Source: an uncultured Chthonomonas sp. (GTDB lineage: Bacteria > Armatimonadota > Chthonomonadetes > Chthonomonadales > CAJBBX01). Taken from it: a stretch of DNA of 64,000 bases. The notes below the pieces were generated by a model that worked only from the letters and a program-made list of their open reading frames with translations, did no database searches and was not told the origin of the DNA. The DNA is taken from NCBI GenBank assembly GCA_903885605.1, contig CAISJD010000192.1, positions 1,063 to 65,062 on the forward strand, given 5' to 3'. Below are positions 1 to 9,609 of the stretch, piece after piece. The position numbers and the translations under genes are program-made. The first letter of the stretch is position 1. Every line of letters starts with the position of its first letter.

Positions 1-1
1 C

Positions 2-646
2 AAGCTGCCCGACCGCCAGCTCTCCTGCGCGCCGGCCTCGTCGCCGGAGGGGCAGGACTACCTGGCCGCCATGGCGTGCGCGGCCAACTTCGCCTGGGCC
101 AACCGCCAGGCGATCGGCCACAGAGTGCGCAAGGCCGTGACGCATCTCTTCCGCAAGGTCTCCGGCCCGTCGGTGCGCGTGGTCTACGATGTGGCGCACA
201 ACATCGCCAAGATCGAGGAGCATGGCGGGCGCCGGGTGCTGGTGCATCGCAAGGGGGCCACGCGGGCATTCGGGCCGGGCCACCCCGAGATCCCCGCCGA
301 CTACCGGGCCATGGGCCAGCCCGTGCTGATCCCCGGCAGCATGGGCACCTGCTCCTACGTGCTGGCGGGAGTGGCGGGCACGGGTGAGCTCTCGTGGGCG
401 AGCACGTGCCACGGCGCGGGCCGGAGCCTCAGCCGCACCGCCGCCAAGCAGGCCACCACGGGCTCCGACGTGCGGCGCGAACTGGAGGCACAGGGCATCG
501 TGGTTCGCGGCGCCACGGGCCAGGGACTGGCCGAGGAGGCGCCGCTGGCCTACAAGGACGTGGACGTGGTCGTGGGCGCGGTGGAGACGGCCGGGCTGGC
601 CCGCAAAGTCGCCCGCCTGCGGCCGCTGGGGGTCATCAAGGGATGA
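2..646 (+). CDS. rtcB: RNA ligase RtcB, C-terminal part (5' end outside window)
   Basis: Frame 2 is open from the window edge ([36 protein letters not shown]...). RtcB hallmarks are present: [18 protein letters not shown] and C-terminal LRPLGVIKG. Stop TGA at 644-646. Confidence 0.85.
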   Translation, partial: KLPDRQLSCAPASSPEGQDYLAAMACAANFAWANRQAIGHRVRKAVTHLFRKVSGPSVRVVYDVAHNIAKIEEHGGRRVLVHRKGATRAFGPGHPEIPADYRAMGQPVLIPGSMGTCSYVLAGVAGTGELSWASTCHGAGRSLSRTAAKQATTGSDVRRELEAQGIVVRGATGQGLAEEAPLAYKDVDVVVGAVETAGLARKVARLRPLGVIKG

Positions 647-1236
647 AGCCCTGGATCGACACGGCGCCCTTCCACGCGCTGAACGTGGGCGCGGGCAACC
701 GGGCGCTGGACGCCTTCTTCCCCTTCCTCACGTCCATGCACCAACAGGGCTGGTTCATGGCGCTGGCCTGCATCGGAGCGGCCGTCGCGCTGTGGCGGGG
801 CTCGCCTCGGGCGCGCGTATGGGTGCTCTGTGCGCTGGTGGCTGTGGGCGTCGCCGACGCCGGCGCGGCCAAGGGCGTGAAGAAGGTCTTCCCCCGCGCG
901 CGGCCGTGCCACCGCACGGTGACCGGCGCCACGGTCGTGCCGGATGTCCGGCAGGCTCCCGGATCGGACTGCCCCGGCTCACCCTCGTTCCCGTCGAACC
1001 ACGCGGCCAACATGATGGCGCTGGGCACGGTATGCTGGTGGATGACGCGGCGACGGAGCCGATGGGCCCCGCTCTGGTTCCTGCTGCCGCTGGTTATCGG
1101 TTACACTCGAATCTATCTGGGTTACCACTACCCATCGGATGTCCTGGGCGGCTGGCTGATGGGGGCCGCCGTGGCGGCGCTGACGCTCTGGGCCGCCGGG
1201 CGGATACCTGCGGCCTATGCCGCACTGAGGGAGTAG
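643..1236 (+). CDS. PAP2-family membrane phosphatase (phosphatidic acid / undecaprenyl-diphosphate phosphatase-like)
   Basis: ATG at 643 overlaps the rtcB stop (ATGA). Several hydrophobic helices. PAP2 signature motifs KKVFPRARP (KxxxxxxRP), PSNH and YLGYHYPSD. The longer ORF from 394 overlaps rtcB and is Arg/Gly-rich junk. Confidence 0.75.
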   Translation: MKPWIDTAPFHALNVGAGNRALDAFFPFLTSMHQQGWFMALACIGAAVALWRGSPRARVWVLCALVAVGVADAGAAKGVKKVFPRARPCHRTVTGATVVPDVRQAPGSDCPGSPSFPSNHAANMMALGTVCWWMTRRRSRWAPLWFLLPLVIGYTRIYLGYHYPSDVLGGWLMGAAVAALTLWAAGRIPAAYAALRE

Positions 1237-1243
1237 CGCGGAG

Positions 1244-3169
1244 ATGCTTGCCATGATCGCTGCCACACTAGCACTGGCCCAGACGGCCCCTGTGCAGCCG
1301 CCGACCTTCTGGGTCACGTCGAGCCTCGACAACGTCTTCCGCGATGCCCGCCCTCCCTCGGCGGCGGCGCCGGTACCCGAGATGACAGCGGGCGCGGTGG
1401 CGTCGGCCGCGTCGGGCCAGGCGGGGGTCTTCCTGACGGCGTTCAAGGGCCAGACCGTCTCGGCGCAGATCGTCCTCCTCTCGGACGACGCGCCCAACGA
1501 AGCGGGGCTGCCCACCTCCTCCCCGCTCAAGGCGCCCGCCGGGAAGCCGATGCCGGCCACGGTATTCCGAGCGGCCTTTGTGGACTACGTGCGGGTGGAG
1601 AAGAACAGCACCGCCACGCCAGCCCCAGAGCTGGCACGCAAGGCGCCGGACGATTTCCCCGACCCGCTCAGCGACGCCGCTACCTGCGCCCTGCGGCCGC
1701 GCCAGGCGCAGCCCGTCTGGGTCGCCTACTCCGTGCCGCGGAACGCCGCTGCGGGCGACTACGCAGGCGAGATCACGGTCCCGCTATCGGCCGGCGCCCT
1801 GCGCGTGCCGGTGCGCCTCACGGTGCTGGATGCGGCCCTCCCCGCCGACACGCGGCTCAAGGTGACGGTCTGGATGGACCACAACAGCCTGGCCAAGCGG
1901 CTCAACGCTCCCATGGACACCGAGGCTTTCTGGACCGCGCTGACCCGCACGGCCGCCATGATGCGCGACCACCACCAGAACGTCATCCTCACGCCCTGGT
2001 CGCTCATCGGAGCCACCCGCGGAGCCGACGGCAAGCTGCGGCTCGACTTCGCGCGGTTCGACCGGTGGGTGGAGATCTTCCTGGCCAAGGGCTTCCAGGG
2101 CATCGAGATCTCGCACATGGGCGGCAGGAAGAACGGCCAGTGGGAAGACACGGAGTTCGTCTCCTACCCCATGGCGGCCACCGGGCCGGATGGCGGCAAG
2201 CCCCAGTCGGCGGAGCTTGAGGAGTGGCTGCCCCTGCTGCAGGAGCACCTGAAGCAGCGCAACTGGCTGACCAGGTCGATTATCCACGTGGCGGACGAGC
2301 CCATCGACGTCAACGTGGCCTCCTGGCGGCAGCTTGCCCGGCGGGTGAAGAGGGCCGCCCCGCAGCTCCGCCGCATCGACGCGGTCCACGTACCCGACCT
2401 GGCAGGCGACCTGGAGGTCTGGGTGCCGCAGCTCAACTACTACCAGCAGTGGGAGAAGCGCTTCGAGCAGGCCCGCGCGGCCGGTTCGGAGATCTGGTTC
2501 TACACGGCCTGGGTCCCACAGGGCCGCTTCCCCAACCGGCTGATGGACTACCCGCTCATAAAGACGCGTATGCTCCAGTGGCTCAACTACACCACGGGCA
2601 CGACCGGGTACCTGCACTGGGGCTTCAATCAGTGGGAGGTCCCGTTCCTTCAGTTCGCGCCGGGCGACAACGCCATCGTCTACCCCGGCGACGGCGTACC
2701 GAAGTCCAGCCTCCGCTACGAGGCCATGCGCGAGGGCATCGAGGACCACGAGATGCTCTGCATGCTGGAAGACCGGCTGGGCGCCACGGCCAAGCGGTTG
2801 GGACTGCCGCAGGTGGACGCACGCAAGCTGGCGCTGGAGTTCGCCCGGCAGGCCGCTGCCGGTTACGAAACCTACACGCGCAGCCCTGATCGGCTGGAGG
2901 CGACGCGGGCGGCCATCGGGCGCGCCATCGTCTCGCTGGACGGCCCGGTGCCCTGCGCCATCCTGGCGCGGCAGGCCGAAGGCGGCGAGGTGGAGATCAC
3001 CGGGTTCGCCCGGCCGGGCGCCGTGCTATCGGTGGCGGGCATGCGCGCCGCCGCCGGGTCGGATGGCCGCTTCTCGCTGGCCGTGGCCGCCGGCGGCACT
3101 GCCATGGCCGTGGAGGTGGTTCTGGATCGGGCGAAGCTCATTGTGCAGACGCCGGTCGTGGGCGGGTAG
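1244..3169 (+). CDS. DUF4091 / GH123-like glycoside hydrolase family protein, secreted
   Basis: N-terminal signal-like MLAMIAATLALAQTAP. The C-terminal half resembles the DUF4091 domain (WFYTAWVPQGRFPNRLMDYPLIKTRMLQWLNY..GYLHWGFNQW...IVYPG...SLRYEAMREGIEDHEML). Confidence 0.6.
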   Translation: MLAMIAATLALAQTAPVQPPTFWVTSSLDNVFRDARPPSAAAPVPEMTAGAVASAASGQAGVFLTAFKGQTVSAQIVLLSDDAPNEAGLPTSSPLKAPAGKPMPATVFRAAFVDYVRVEKNSTATPAPELARKAPDDFPDPLSDAATCALRPRQAQPVWVAYSVPRNAAAGDYAGEITVPLSAGALRVPVRLTVLDAALPADTRLKVTVWMDHNSLAKRLNAPMDTEAFWTALTRTAAMMRDHHQNVILTPWSLIGATRGADGKLRLDFARFDRWVEIFLAKGFQGIEISHMGGRKNGQWEDTEFVSYPMAATGPDGGKPQSAELEEWLPLLQEHLKQRNWLTRSIIHVADEPIDVNVASWRQLARRVKRAAPQLRRIDAVHVPDLAGDLEVWVPQLNYYQQWEKRFEQARAAGSEIWFYTAWVPQGRFPNRLMDYPLIKTRMLQWLNYTTGTTGYLHWGFNQWEVPFLQFAPGDNAIVYPGDGVPKSSLRYEAMREGIEDHEMLCMLEDRLGATAKRLGLPQVDARKLALEFARQAAAGYETYTRSPDRLEATRAAIGRAIVSLDGPVPCAILARQAEGGEVEITGFARPGAVLSVAGMRAAAGSDGRFSLAVAAGGTAMAVEVVLDRAKLIVQTPVVGG

Positions 3170-3190
3170 GGGGCGGGGCTCAGGCTCCGC

Positions 3191-3793
3191 TCACCACCAC
3201 CACCACCAGGGGCTGGACCAGCCGCCGCCACGCCAGCCATCGGTGTCCATGCGCGCGTCCATCTCTTCCCAGTCCGCGGCGCCTCTGGAGGCCCGGATGA
3301 GGATCACCACGCCCACGGCCGCCGCCAGGAGCAGTGCGCCGCAGTAGACGAAGTCGATCCACGCCGGGCGCGTCCATGGCTCCATGTGCCGGTTGTAGCG
3401 AGAGCCCGCGCTGACCATGGTGGTGAGCGACATGCCCAGGCCGCCCCGGCTTGCGGCTCCAATGGCGGGGAGTACGGCGTAGATCGAGTAGATCGTCAGG
3501 CCCGCGCAACCACAGGCCCAGAGGAAGCGGCGCCACGAGCTGTTGAGCCCCAGGCTGAAGCGCAGATCGCGGCTCCGCTGCTTGTCCTGGCCGGCCGCCA
3601 CATCGGCCGCCATCAGCTCGGCACGAAGGTCGACCAGGTCCGGATGACCGGGGTAGCGGCCGTCCAGCATCGCCAGCAACGCCCGGGCCTGCTTCCTGCG
3701 TCCCTGCCGGATCAGGAGGTGGACCCGCGCCGCCTGCGGGACGGCGTCGTTCAGGTCGGCGCGGCCGGAGGAGTATCGCAAGGGGCCCGCCAT
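3191..3793 (-). CDS. hypothetical membrane protein with C-terminal penta-tryptophan tail
   Basis: ATG at 3793. Two predicted TM helices (FLWACGCAGLTIYSIYAVLPAIGAA; IDFVYCGALLLAAAVGVVILI). Ends ...GGGWSSPWWWWW*. No family recognised. Confidence 0.45.
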   Translation of the reverse strand: MAGPLRYSSGRADLNDAVPQAARVHLLIRQGRRKQARALLAMLDGRYPGHPDLVDLRAELMAADVAAGQDKQRSRDLRFSLGLNSSWRRFLWACGCAGLTIYSIYAVLPAIGAASRGGLGMSLTTMVSAGSRYNRHMEPWTRPAWIDFVYCGALLLAAAVGVVILIRASRGAADWEEMDARMDTDGWRGGGWSSPWWWWW

Positions 3794-3800
3794 GGCGTCG

Positions 3801-4364
3801 CTACCTGACCATCCTCAGGACCTGGCGGAACGGGTCGGTGCCCGCCTGCTCGAGCATCTCGTAGATCGCCATCTCGACCGTGGAGATGACGACCCCGGCG
3901 GTCCGCATGCGGTCCAGGGCCGCCAGGCGATTGGCCTCCAGGCGGGAGGAGACGGCGTCGGCGGCCACGTGGACCTGGTACCCCGCCGCCAGCATGTCGA
4001 GCGCCGTCTGGCAGACGCAGACATGGGTCTCAACGCCGCAGATCAGCGCCTGCCTGCGGCCGAGTGCGCGGAGCGTCTGGTGGATCGCCTCGTCGCCCAT
4101 GCAGCTGAAGGTCATCTTGTTGAGCGCCGAAGCGCCGGCCGGCATGCGCTCGGCTACCTGCGCCACCGGCTCGCCCAGCTTGGCGCGGTTCTGCACGGTG
4201 ACGATGGTCGGCACGCCCAGGATGCGCGCCGCGTCCATGAGCCGGGCGCAGTTGGCAGCAACGGCCTCGCCGCCGCCGACGGCTGCCATGAGCGACGGCT
4301 GCACGTCGATCACGAGCAGGAACGCCGTCTCGGAGCGCAATATCTGTGGATTCCTCGTCTGCAT
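3801..4364 (-). CDS. isochorismatase-family cysteine hydrolase
   Basis: LLVIDVQ start of the fold and a conserved catalytic-Cys region LICGVETHVCVCQTALD. AGGAGA SD upstream of the ATG at 4364. Confidence 0.8.
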   Translation of the reverse strand: MQTRNPQILRSETAFLLVIDVQPSLMAAVGGGEAVAANCARLMDAARILGVPTIVTVQNRAKLGEPVAQVAERMPAGASALNKMTFSCMGDEAIHQTLRALGRRQALICGVETHVCVCQTALDMLAAGYQVHVAADAVSSRLEANRLAALDRMRTAGVVISTVEMAIYEMLEQAGTDPFRQVLRMVR

Positions 4365-4373
4365 GGCCGTCTC

Positions 4374-5000
4374 CTACCGCTTGCCCGCGCCGGTGAGCAG
4401 GTTCAGGGCGTCGCGGAACAGGGAGCCGGTATCGGCGTTGGCCGATCCCGCCGCCGTGACCGCCCGATCGGCCGCCCGCCGTGCGTCGGCGCGGCTGTAG
4501 CCAAGGTTCACCAGCGCCTCCACCACGTCCTCCAGAGCCTCGCTTGCGCTGCCGGCCGCAGGCGCCTGCACGCCGGAGACCCGCAGGCCGAAGAGGAACT
4601 CCGCCAGCTTCTCGCCCAGCTCCAGGGCCACGCGCTGCGCCAGCTTCGGCCCCACGCCGGGGATGCGGGTCAGCGCTTTCACATCGCCCGTGGAGACTGC
4701 CCGGGCAAGCTCCTCGGCATCCATGATGCCCAGCATGGAGAGCGCCACCTTGGGCCCCACGCCGGAGACGCCCATCAGCATGAGGAAGACCTGCCGCTCT
4801 TCCGGCGTCCGGAAGCCGTAGAGGGTCATGTCGTCCTCGCGAACCACCATGGTGGTATGGACCAGGAGCTTCCCGCCCATCTCCGGTAGCGACGTGAGGA
4901 CGCTCAGCGGCACGTAGGCCCGATAGCCCACGCCGCCCACGTCCAGCACGATGCTGTTGGCCTCCACGGCGGCCAGCGTCCCATTGAGATGTGCGATCAA
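4374..5000 (-). CDS. ruvA: Holliday junction DNA helicase subunit RuvA
   Basis: (M)IAHLNGTL...VLDVGGVGY...TLYGF....ERQVFLMLMGVSGVGPKVALSML...LTRIPGVGPKLAQRV is the canonical RuvA sequence with HhH motifs. The start codon is TTG at 5000. Confidence 0.9.
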   Translation of the reverse strand: MIAHLNGTLAAVEANSIVLDVGGVGYRAYVPLSVLTSLPEMGGKLLVHTTMVVREDDMTLYGFRTPEERQVFLMLMGVSGVGPKVALSMLGIMDAEELARAVSTGDVKALTRIPGVGPKLAQRVALELGEKLAEFLFGLRVSGVQAPAAGSASEALEDVVEALVNLGYSRADARRAADRAVTAAGSANADTGSLFRDALNLLTGAGKR

Positions 5001-5133
5001 GACCTACCCCCTGCCGCGCGGGACGCCCGACGGGTCGGGTCCCTCCTGCGGCATAAGTATGACGCAGTGCGGCCCCGGTTGCAGCCCCGCGAGGGGCCGG
5101 CCGGGGCCGCGGATACGACACAGAGGCGGTGCG

Positions 5134-5613
5134 TCAGACCTTGCCGTGCATCTCCTTGTCGCCGTAGAGCGTCTGGATGTAGGAGATTTGGCCCTGGTGG
5201 TAGGTCATGTTCCAGTAGGGAGCGAGCATGATCTGGCCGAAGGTCATGACCATTCCCTCGCCCCAGGGGAGGGTCACCGTCTCGCCCAGCTTCTCCTCGG
5301 GGAAGGCCTCGATGGCGGCCTGCAGCGTGTCCGCCGAAGCGGCGAGGGCTGCGCGAGCGGCTTCCGGCGTCGCCAGGGCGGCTTTCGCTGCCGCATAGGC
5401 CTCGTTCTCCATGGCCGGCACGGCCTGGGTGTTGAGGATGGCTGCGAAGAAGGGGTTGATGATGGCGCACTCCTGCACCTGCGACAGGGCGGAGCGGCCG
5501 AGGTCCAGCGGCTGCCAATCCTGGCGGTCGGCGGGCATGGCGTCGAAGTTGATCACGAGGTTGTCGATGGCCGAGCGGTTCATCTGGACCGCCATCTGCT
5601 TGATGATGCTCAC
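5134..5613 (-). CDS. DinB-superfamily (four-helix bundle) protein
   Basis: Size and helical pattern fit DinB/YfiT-like proteins, with C-terminal ...YWNMTYHQGQISYIQTLYGD. GTG start at 5613 preceded by AAGGAGA at 7-nt spacing. Confidence 0.55.
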   Translation of the reverse strand: MSIIKQMAVQMNRSAIDNLVINFDAMPADRQDWQPLDLGRSALSQVQECAIINPFFAAILNTQAVPAMENEAYAAAKAALATPEAARAALAASADTLQAAIEAFPEEKLGETVTLPWGEGMVMTFGQIMLAPYWNMTYHQGQISYIQTLYGDKEMHGKV

Positions 5614-5746
5614 GGGTTGGTCTCCTTAGCCGAGTGGTTTGCCGCGGCTACGGGAATACTACGCGCCATCAGGGCGACAGGTGCCGCCCTGGGGAGCCTG
5701 CTTGCCTCCCCGGGCGCGCTCCGAGGCGCCCGGGGAGGGTTGGTGG

Positions 5747-7738
5747 CTACCTCGCGCCGGCGGTGACGCCCGGCCACTGGTCGGTGCGGAACGGCGACGC
5801 CGGCAGGTTGGCCTTGTTGACCAGGTTGCAGATGGGGTTGTTGCCCCACGCGTAACGGACTGCCACGGGGCTCGCGATCCCCGGCGCGGAGACGACGACC
5901 GCGGCGCCCTCGATGCGGGCCTTGGCCCAGACGAACTTGCGGTCGGCCCCGGCGATGGCGAAGCCCTTCAGCTCGCCGCCGCCCCTGGCGGCCAGTCCCG
6001 CGGCATGGGTGAACTTCAGCCGGATGGCGGAACCCGCCTTCTGCATCCCCGAGTAGACGGGGCCGCTATACTCCAGCGTCTTGCCGTAGGCGATGTTCAG
6101 GGCCGACAGGGCCAGCCGCAGGCCCACATCCTGCTTGTTCTTCGGGTGGATGTCCTGCGCGTCGCCGATGTCGATGGCCACGGCCATGCCGACCCTGGGC
6201 GTCTTCTGCGCGGTCATCAGCTGGGCCTCGCGAAGCTCGGGCCACGGGTCGGCCTTCGGCTGCTCATCCACGGCCATGAAGTTGGCGAGCTGCACGATGA
6301 AGAAGGGGAACTCCTGCTTCCACTGGGTGCGCCAGTCGGCGATCATGGTCGGAAGGAGCGTGCGGTACTGGTAGGCGCGGCCGGCGTTGCTCTCGCCCTG
6401 ATACCAGATCACCCCCTTGATGCCGTAGGGGACGAGCGGCGCGATCATGCCGTTGTAGAGCACCGTGGCGATGTTCGGGTTGCTGTCCATGCGGGCGGGC
6501 ATGGGCTTGGTCTGGGCCATGGGCGTGGTCGTCGTGTAGGACCAGACGCCCGCCAGGCCCACGGCGTCGGATCCCTCGGGCTCAAGCCGCATCTGGTAGG
6601 CCGCGCCGCAGATGCCGCCGGGGCCCGATGTATCGAGGATCCGCACGGCCACCACGTTGGCGTCGGCCTTCAGGACGCCGGCGGGCACCTTGTAGCTGCG
6701 GTTCTGATCCCACACGGCGGCCGAGCCCACGGCAACGCCGTTGACGAAGGTCGTGTCGATGTCGTCGATCGGGCCCAACGAAATCTGGGCGGGCTTGCCG
6801 GCGGCGGAGGCGGGCAGCCCAAACTCGCGGCGGAACCAGGCCACGCCGTCATAGCCTGATAGCTCGCTGTCGTTCCAGTTCTGCGGCACGCGCATGCTCT
6901 TCCAGCCGGAGGTGTCCAGCGTCAGGGACTGGTACCCCTTGGCCGATCCGGTGTCATTGGCGGCCCACCACTGCTCCATCTGCTTCTCGAAATCCGATGT
7001 CTTGGAGCCGGCGCTCTTCACGTTGGCCACGGCGGCGCGGAAGTCGGGCATGGTCTGGAGCGCCGCGGCGCTGGTCCACGCCTCGGCGATGGTGCCACCC
7101 CATGAGGAGTGGATCAGGCCGATGGGCACGCCCAACTCCTTCTGCAGCTTGCGGCCGAAGAAGTAGGCCACCGCCGAGAAGCCGCCGGCGGTCTCGCTGA
7201 CGCTGGCAGGGGAGCAGGCCGACCAGACGCCCAGCAGGCCGTCCGGGACCACCGGCACCAGTTCGCGGGGCTCAAGCGCCACGGTGTCCTGCACGGTGTA
7301 GAGGCGGATGTTCGGATGGTTCGCGCCCGCGATTTCGGCCTCGGGGTAGTTCACGCTGCCGATGCTCATCTGCATGTTGGACTGGCCGGAGCAGAGCCAG
7401 ACATCGCCCGCGGCCACGTTCTTCAGCGTCACGGCCTGCGGACCCTTGACGGTCAGCGTCAGGTTTGTCGCGGCCTGCAGCGGCCCCACGCGGACCAACC
7501 ACTTGCCGTCGGCCGCGGCTTTGCCGGCCACGGTCTTGCCCGCCACCGTGACGGAGACGGCGGCTCCGGGCGTGGTCCAGCCCCAGACGGGAGCCGGCGC
7601 GCCGCGCTGCAACACCATGTTGTCGGTGAACAGGGGATGGAGGAACGGCTTCCGGGCCTGCTGGGCGTTCGCCGACGGCGCGGCTGAGAACGCCAAGACG
7701 GCCAGCGCGGCGAGGGTTGCCGCCTGTCGGTGCTTCAT
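5747..7738 (-). CDS. sialate 9-O-acetylesterase family carbohydrate esterase, secreted
   Basis: Signal peptide MKHRQAATLAALAVLAFSAAPSANA. SGNH-type motifs GDVWLCSGQSNMQMS and IHSSWGGTIAEAW, with a second esterase-like half (VIWYQGESN). Confidence 0.8.
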   Translation of the reverse strand: MKHRQAATLAALAVLAFSAAPSANAQQARKPFLHPLFTDNMVLQRGAPAPVWGWTTPGAAVSVTVAGKTVAGKAAADGKWLVRVGPLQAATNLTLTVKGPQAVTLKNVAAGDVWLCSGQSNMQMSIGSVNYPEAEIAGANHPNIRLYTVQDTVALEPRELVPVVPDGLLGVWSACSPASVSETAGGFSAVAYFFGRKLQKELGVPIGLIHSSWGGTIAEAWTSAAALQTMPDFRAAVANVKSAGSKTSDFEKQMEQWWAANDTGSAKGYQSLTLDTSGWKSMRVPQNWNDSELSGYDGVAWFRREFGLPASAAGKPAQISLGPIDDIDTTFVNGVAVGSAAVWDQNRSYKVPAGVLKADANVVAVRILDTSGPGGICGAAYQMRLEPEGSDAVGLAGVWSYTTTTPMAQTKPMPARMDSNPNIATVLYNGMIAPLVPYGIKGVIWYQGESNAGRAYQYRTLLPTMIADWRTQWKQEFPFFIVQLANFMAVDEQPKADPWPELREAQLMTAQKTPRVGMAVAIDIGDAQDIHPKNKQDVGLRLALSALNIAYGKTLEYSGPVYSGMQKAGSAIRLKFTHAAGLAARGGGELKGFAIAGADRKFVWAKARIEGAAVVVSAPGIASPVAVRYAWGNNPICNLVNKANLPASPFRTDQWPGVTAGAR

Positions 7739-7854
7739 GAATGGACCTCCGGTTCGCCTGCGCGTGGAGCGTTGGCTTGCGGCCGCGCAGGAAGCTCTTG
7801 TTGGCGCACACTCCGCGCCTATACGTTGAGGGTACCGCGTGCGCGGCCTTGACG

Positions 7855-9216
7855 CTACCCCGCCGCGCTCCAGACGCCGCGGGCCTCGGCCTCATCGGAG
7901 TACCATCCCGCGCCGATGCCCGCGAGCATGGCGGCTCCGCGCGCTCCCGCGGAGCGTCCGCCCACGGTGATGCTGATCTGCGTGGCCTCTGCCAGGATGC
8001 CCGGCCAGATGGGGCTCGCCGAGGGCCCGCCCACCATGACGGCGCGCCGGAACTCCATGCCGTAGGGCCGTAGCGCCGGGAGCATCTCGCCGAGCAGCGA
8101 TGCGGCGCCCTCCATGACCGCGCGGCTGATGTAGGCCACATCGGCGTCGATGGGCTCCGGCGGCAGGCGCAGGTCGATCTTCAGGCCGCCTGCGCCGGAG
8201 GGAGCCGACGCGGCAGCCTCGTTGAAGAGGGCCAGCCGGTCGGTCCGCCCGGGCGCGATGAGATGGTCGATGTACCAGTCGATCTGCCGGCCGATGCCGG
8301 TGACGGAGAACATGCCCGCCCAGGGCCCGCCCGAGGCGGAGAGGAACGGATCGCAAAGAAGGCCTGCCTCAAGCAGCGGGCCGCGCCGGGCGCAGGGCGT
8401 GAGGCCCACCCACGAAGTACCGCACGAGAGCAGCAGGTCGCCGGGCTCCAGCGTGCCGACCCCGCGGGCGGCCGACGGATGGTCGAACGAGCCCGCCACC
8501 ACCAGTGCGCCGGCGGGCAGGCCCGTGGCGGCGGCGGCTTCCGGCGTCACCGGCCCCAGCGGCATGCCGGGGTCCACCAGCGACGAGAGGCGATCCTCGC
8601 CGGTGCCCAGCCGCCGCAGGTACGGCTGGTGGTACGCGCCGGAGGCCTGATCCACCAGGTAGGAGGTCGTCGCCGTGGAACGATCCATGCGCCATAGGCC
8701 CGTCAGCCGATGCACGAGCCAGTCGGTATCCATGGCGCATCGCCCGGCGGCCTGGTAGGCCTCCGGGCGATGGTGCGCCAGCCAGGCCAGGTGCGCCAGC
8801 GGGAACATGGAGAGCCAGGGCCAGCCGGTCACCGCATGGACTTCGGCGGGGTCGAGCCCATCCAGCGCCGGCGGCGGATCCTGCACGGCGCGCTGGTCCA
8901 TCCAGTTAATGACGGGCGTCAGCGGTGCGCCGGCAGCGTCGGCCAGGAGCGTGTTGCCCGACGCGGCCGACATGGCCAGGGCCGCCACGGGCTCCGGAGC
9001 GGCGTCGGTGAGCCGGCGGATCACACCGCAGACGCGCCCATAGAGCTCCTCGGCATCGGCCTCCACCCAGCCCTCGCGGGGTTTCAGCAGGGCGGTCTCG
9101 ACGCCGGCTTCGGCGAGCATGGCCCCTTCCCGGCCCACCAGGACGCCCTTGACGGCGCTGGTGCCGAGGTCGAGGCCGATGAGGGTGGCTGGCTTGGTCA
9201 CGGCGATCCGCTCCAT
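7855..9216 (-). CDS. FGGY-family carbohydrate kinase (xylulokinase-like)
   Basis: N-terminal IGLDLGTSAVKGVLV and C-terminal FGGY_C pattern MVGGPSASPIWPGILAEAT...GAAMLAGIGAG. Start moved to ATG 9216 (MERIAVTKPATLIGLDLG), because the 25 upstream codons are R/P-rich. Confidence 0.8.
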   Translation of the reverse strand: MERIAVTKPATLIGLDLGTSAVKGVLVGREGAMLAEAGVETALLKPREGWVEADAEELYGRVCGVIRRLTDAAPEPVAALAMSAASGNTLLADAAGAPLTPVINWMDQRAVQDPPPALDGLDPAEVHAVTGWPWLSMFPLAHLAWLAHHRPEAYQAAGRCAMDTDWLVHRLTGLWRMDRSTATTSYLVDQASGAYHQPYLRRLGTGEDRLSSLVDPGMPLGPVTPEAAAATGLPAGALVVAGSFDHPSAARGVGTLEPGDLLLSCGTSWVGLTPCARRGPLLEAGLLCDPFLSASGGPWAGMFSVTGIGRQIDWYIDHLIAPGRTDRLALFNEAAASAPSGAGGLKIDLRLPPEPIDADVAYISRAVMEGAASLLGEMLPALRPYGMEFRRAVMVGGPSASPIWPGILAEATQISITVGGRSAGARGAAMLAGIGAGWYSDEAEARGVWSAAG

Positions 9217-9323
9217 CGGGACGGGCAGACGTGGCAAGCGGCCACAGCCCACATGGGACTGCGGCCGCCTACCGGACGGAGAAGCCCACACGGGCCTCTC
9301 CGGGTCAGTGCAGTGCGACGGGC

Positions 9324-9596
9324 CTAGCGGCCCATACCAGGCGCACCGCCGCCAAGCATGGGGCGAGGCGGCGTCTTGCTCTGCGCCTCTCCCATGCCCG
9401 GCAACGTCACGGACATAGGCGGCGGGGAGCCGGACCCGCCGGCAGACCCGGTGACCGGCGCCGGCCCGCCGCCGGTCGCGATCGGCGGCGGCGTGTTGTC
9501 CTTACCGACACCCACCGTCTTGAGGATCACCACGGCGCAGAGCACCAGGATGACGATCACGGCGGGGATGACGATCTTTGGATCGAGGTTCTTCAC
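9324..9596 (-). CDS. small N-terminally anchored Pro/Gly-rich protein
   Basis: MKNLDPKIVIPAVIVILVLCAVVILKTV TM anchor followed by a low-complexity P/G tail. Lies 13 bp downstream of the DUF1559 gene on the same strand. Confidence 0.4.
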   Translation of the reverse strand: MKNLDPKIVIPAVIVILVLCAVVILKTVGVGKDNTPPPIATGGGPAPVTGSAGGSGSPPPMSVTLPGMGEAQSKTPPRPMLGGGAPGMGR

Positions 9597-9609
9597 AAGC
9601 GTACCAGCC

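Noticed and set aside
5069-5110. GC-rich hairpin GCGGCCCCGG...CCGGGGCCGC between the DinB-like stop and the ruvA start. A similar one (CCGGGCGG...CCGCCCGG) lies at 50095-50121.
   Set aside because: The perfect stems are real. However, there is no U-tract on either strand, and such GC palindromes are common in this composition. The evidence is insufficient to call either a terminator or a regulatory element.
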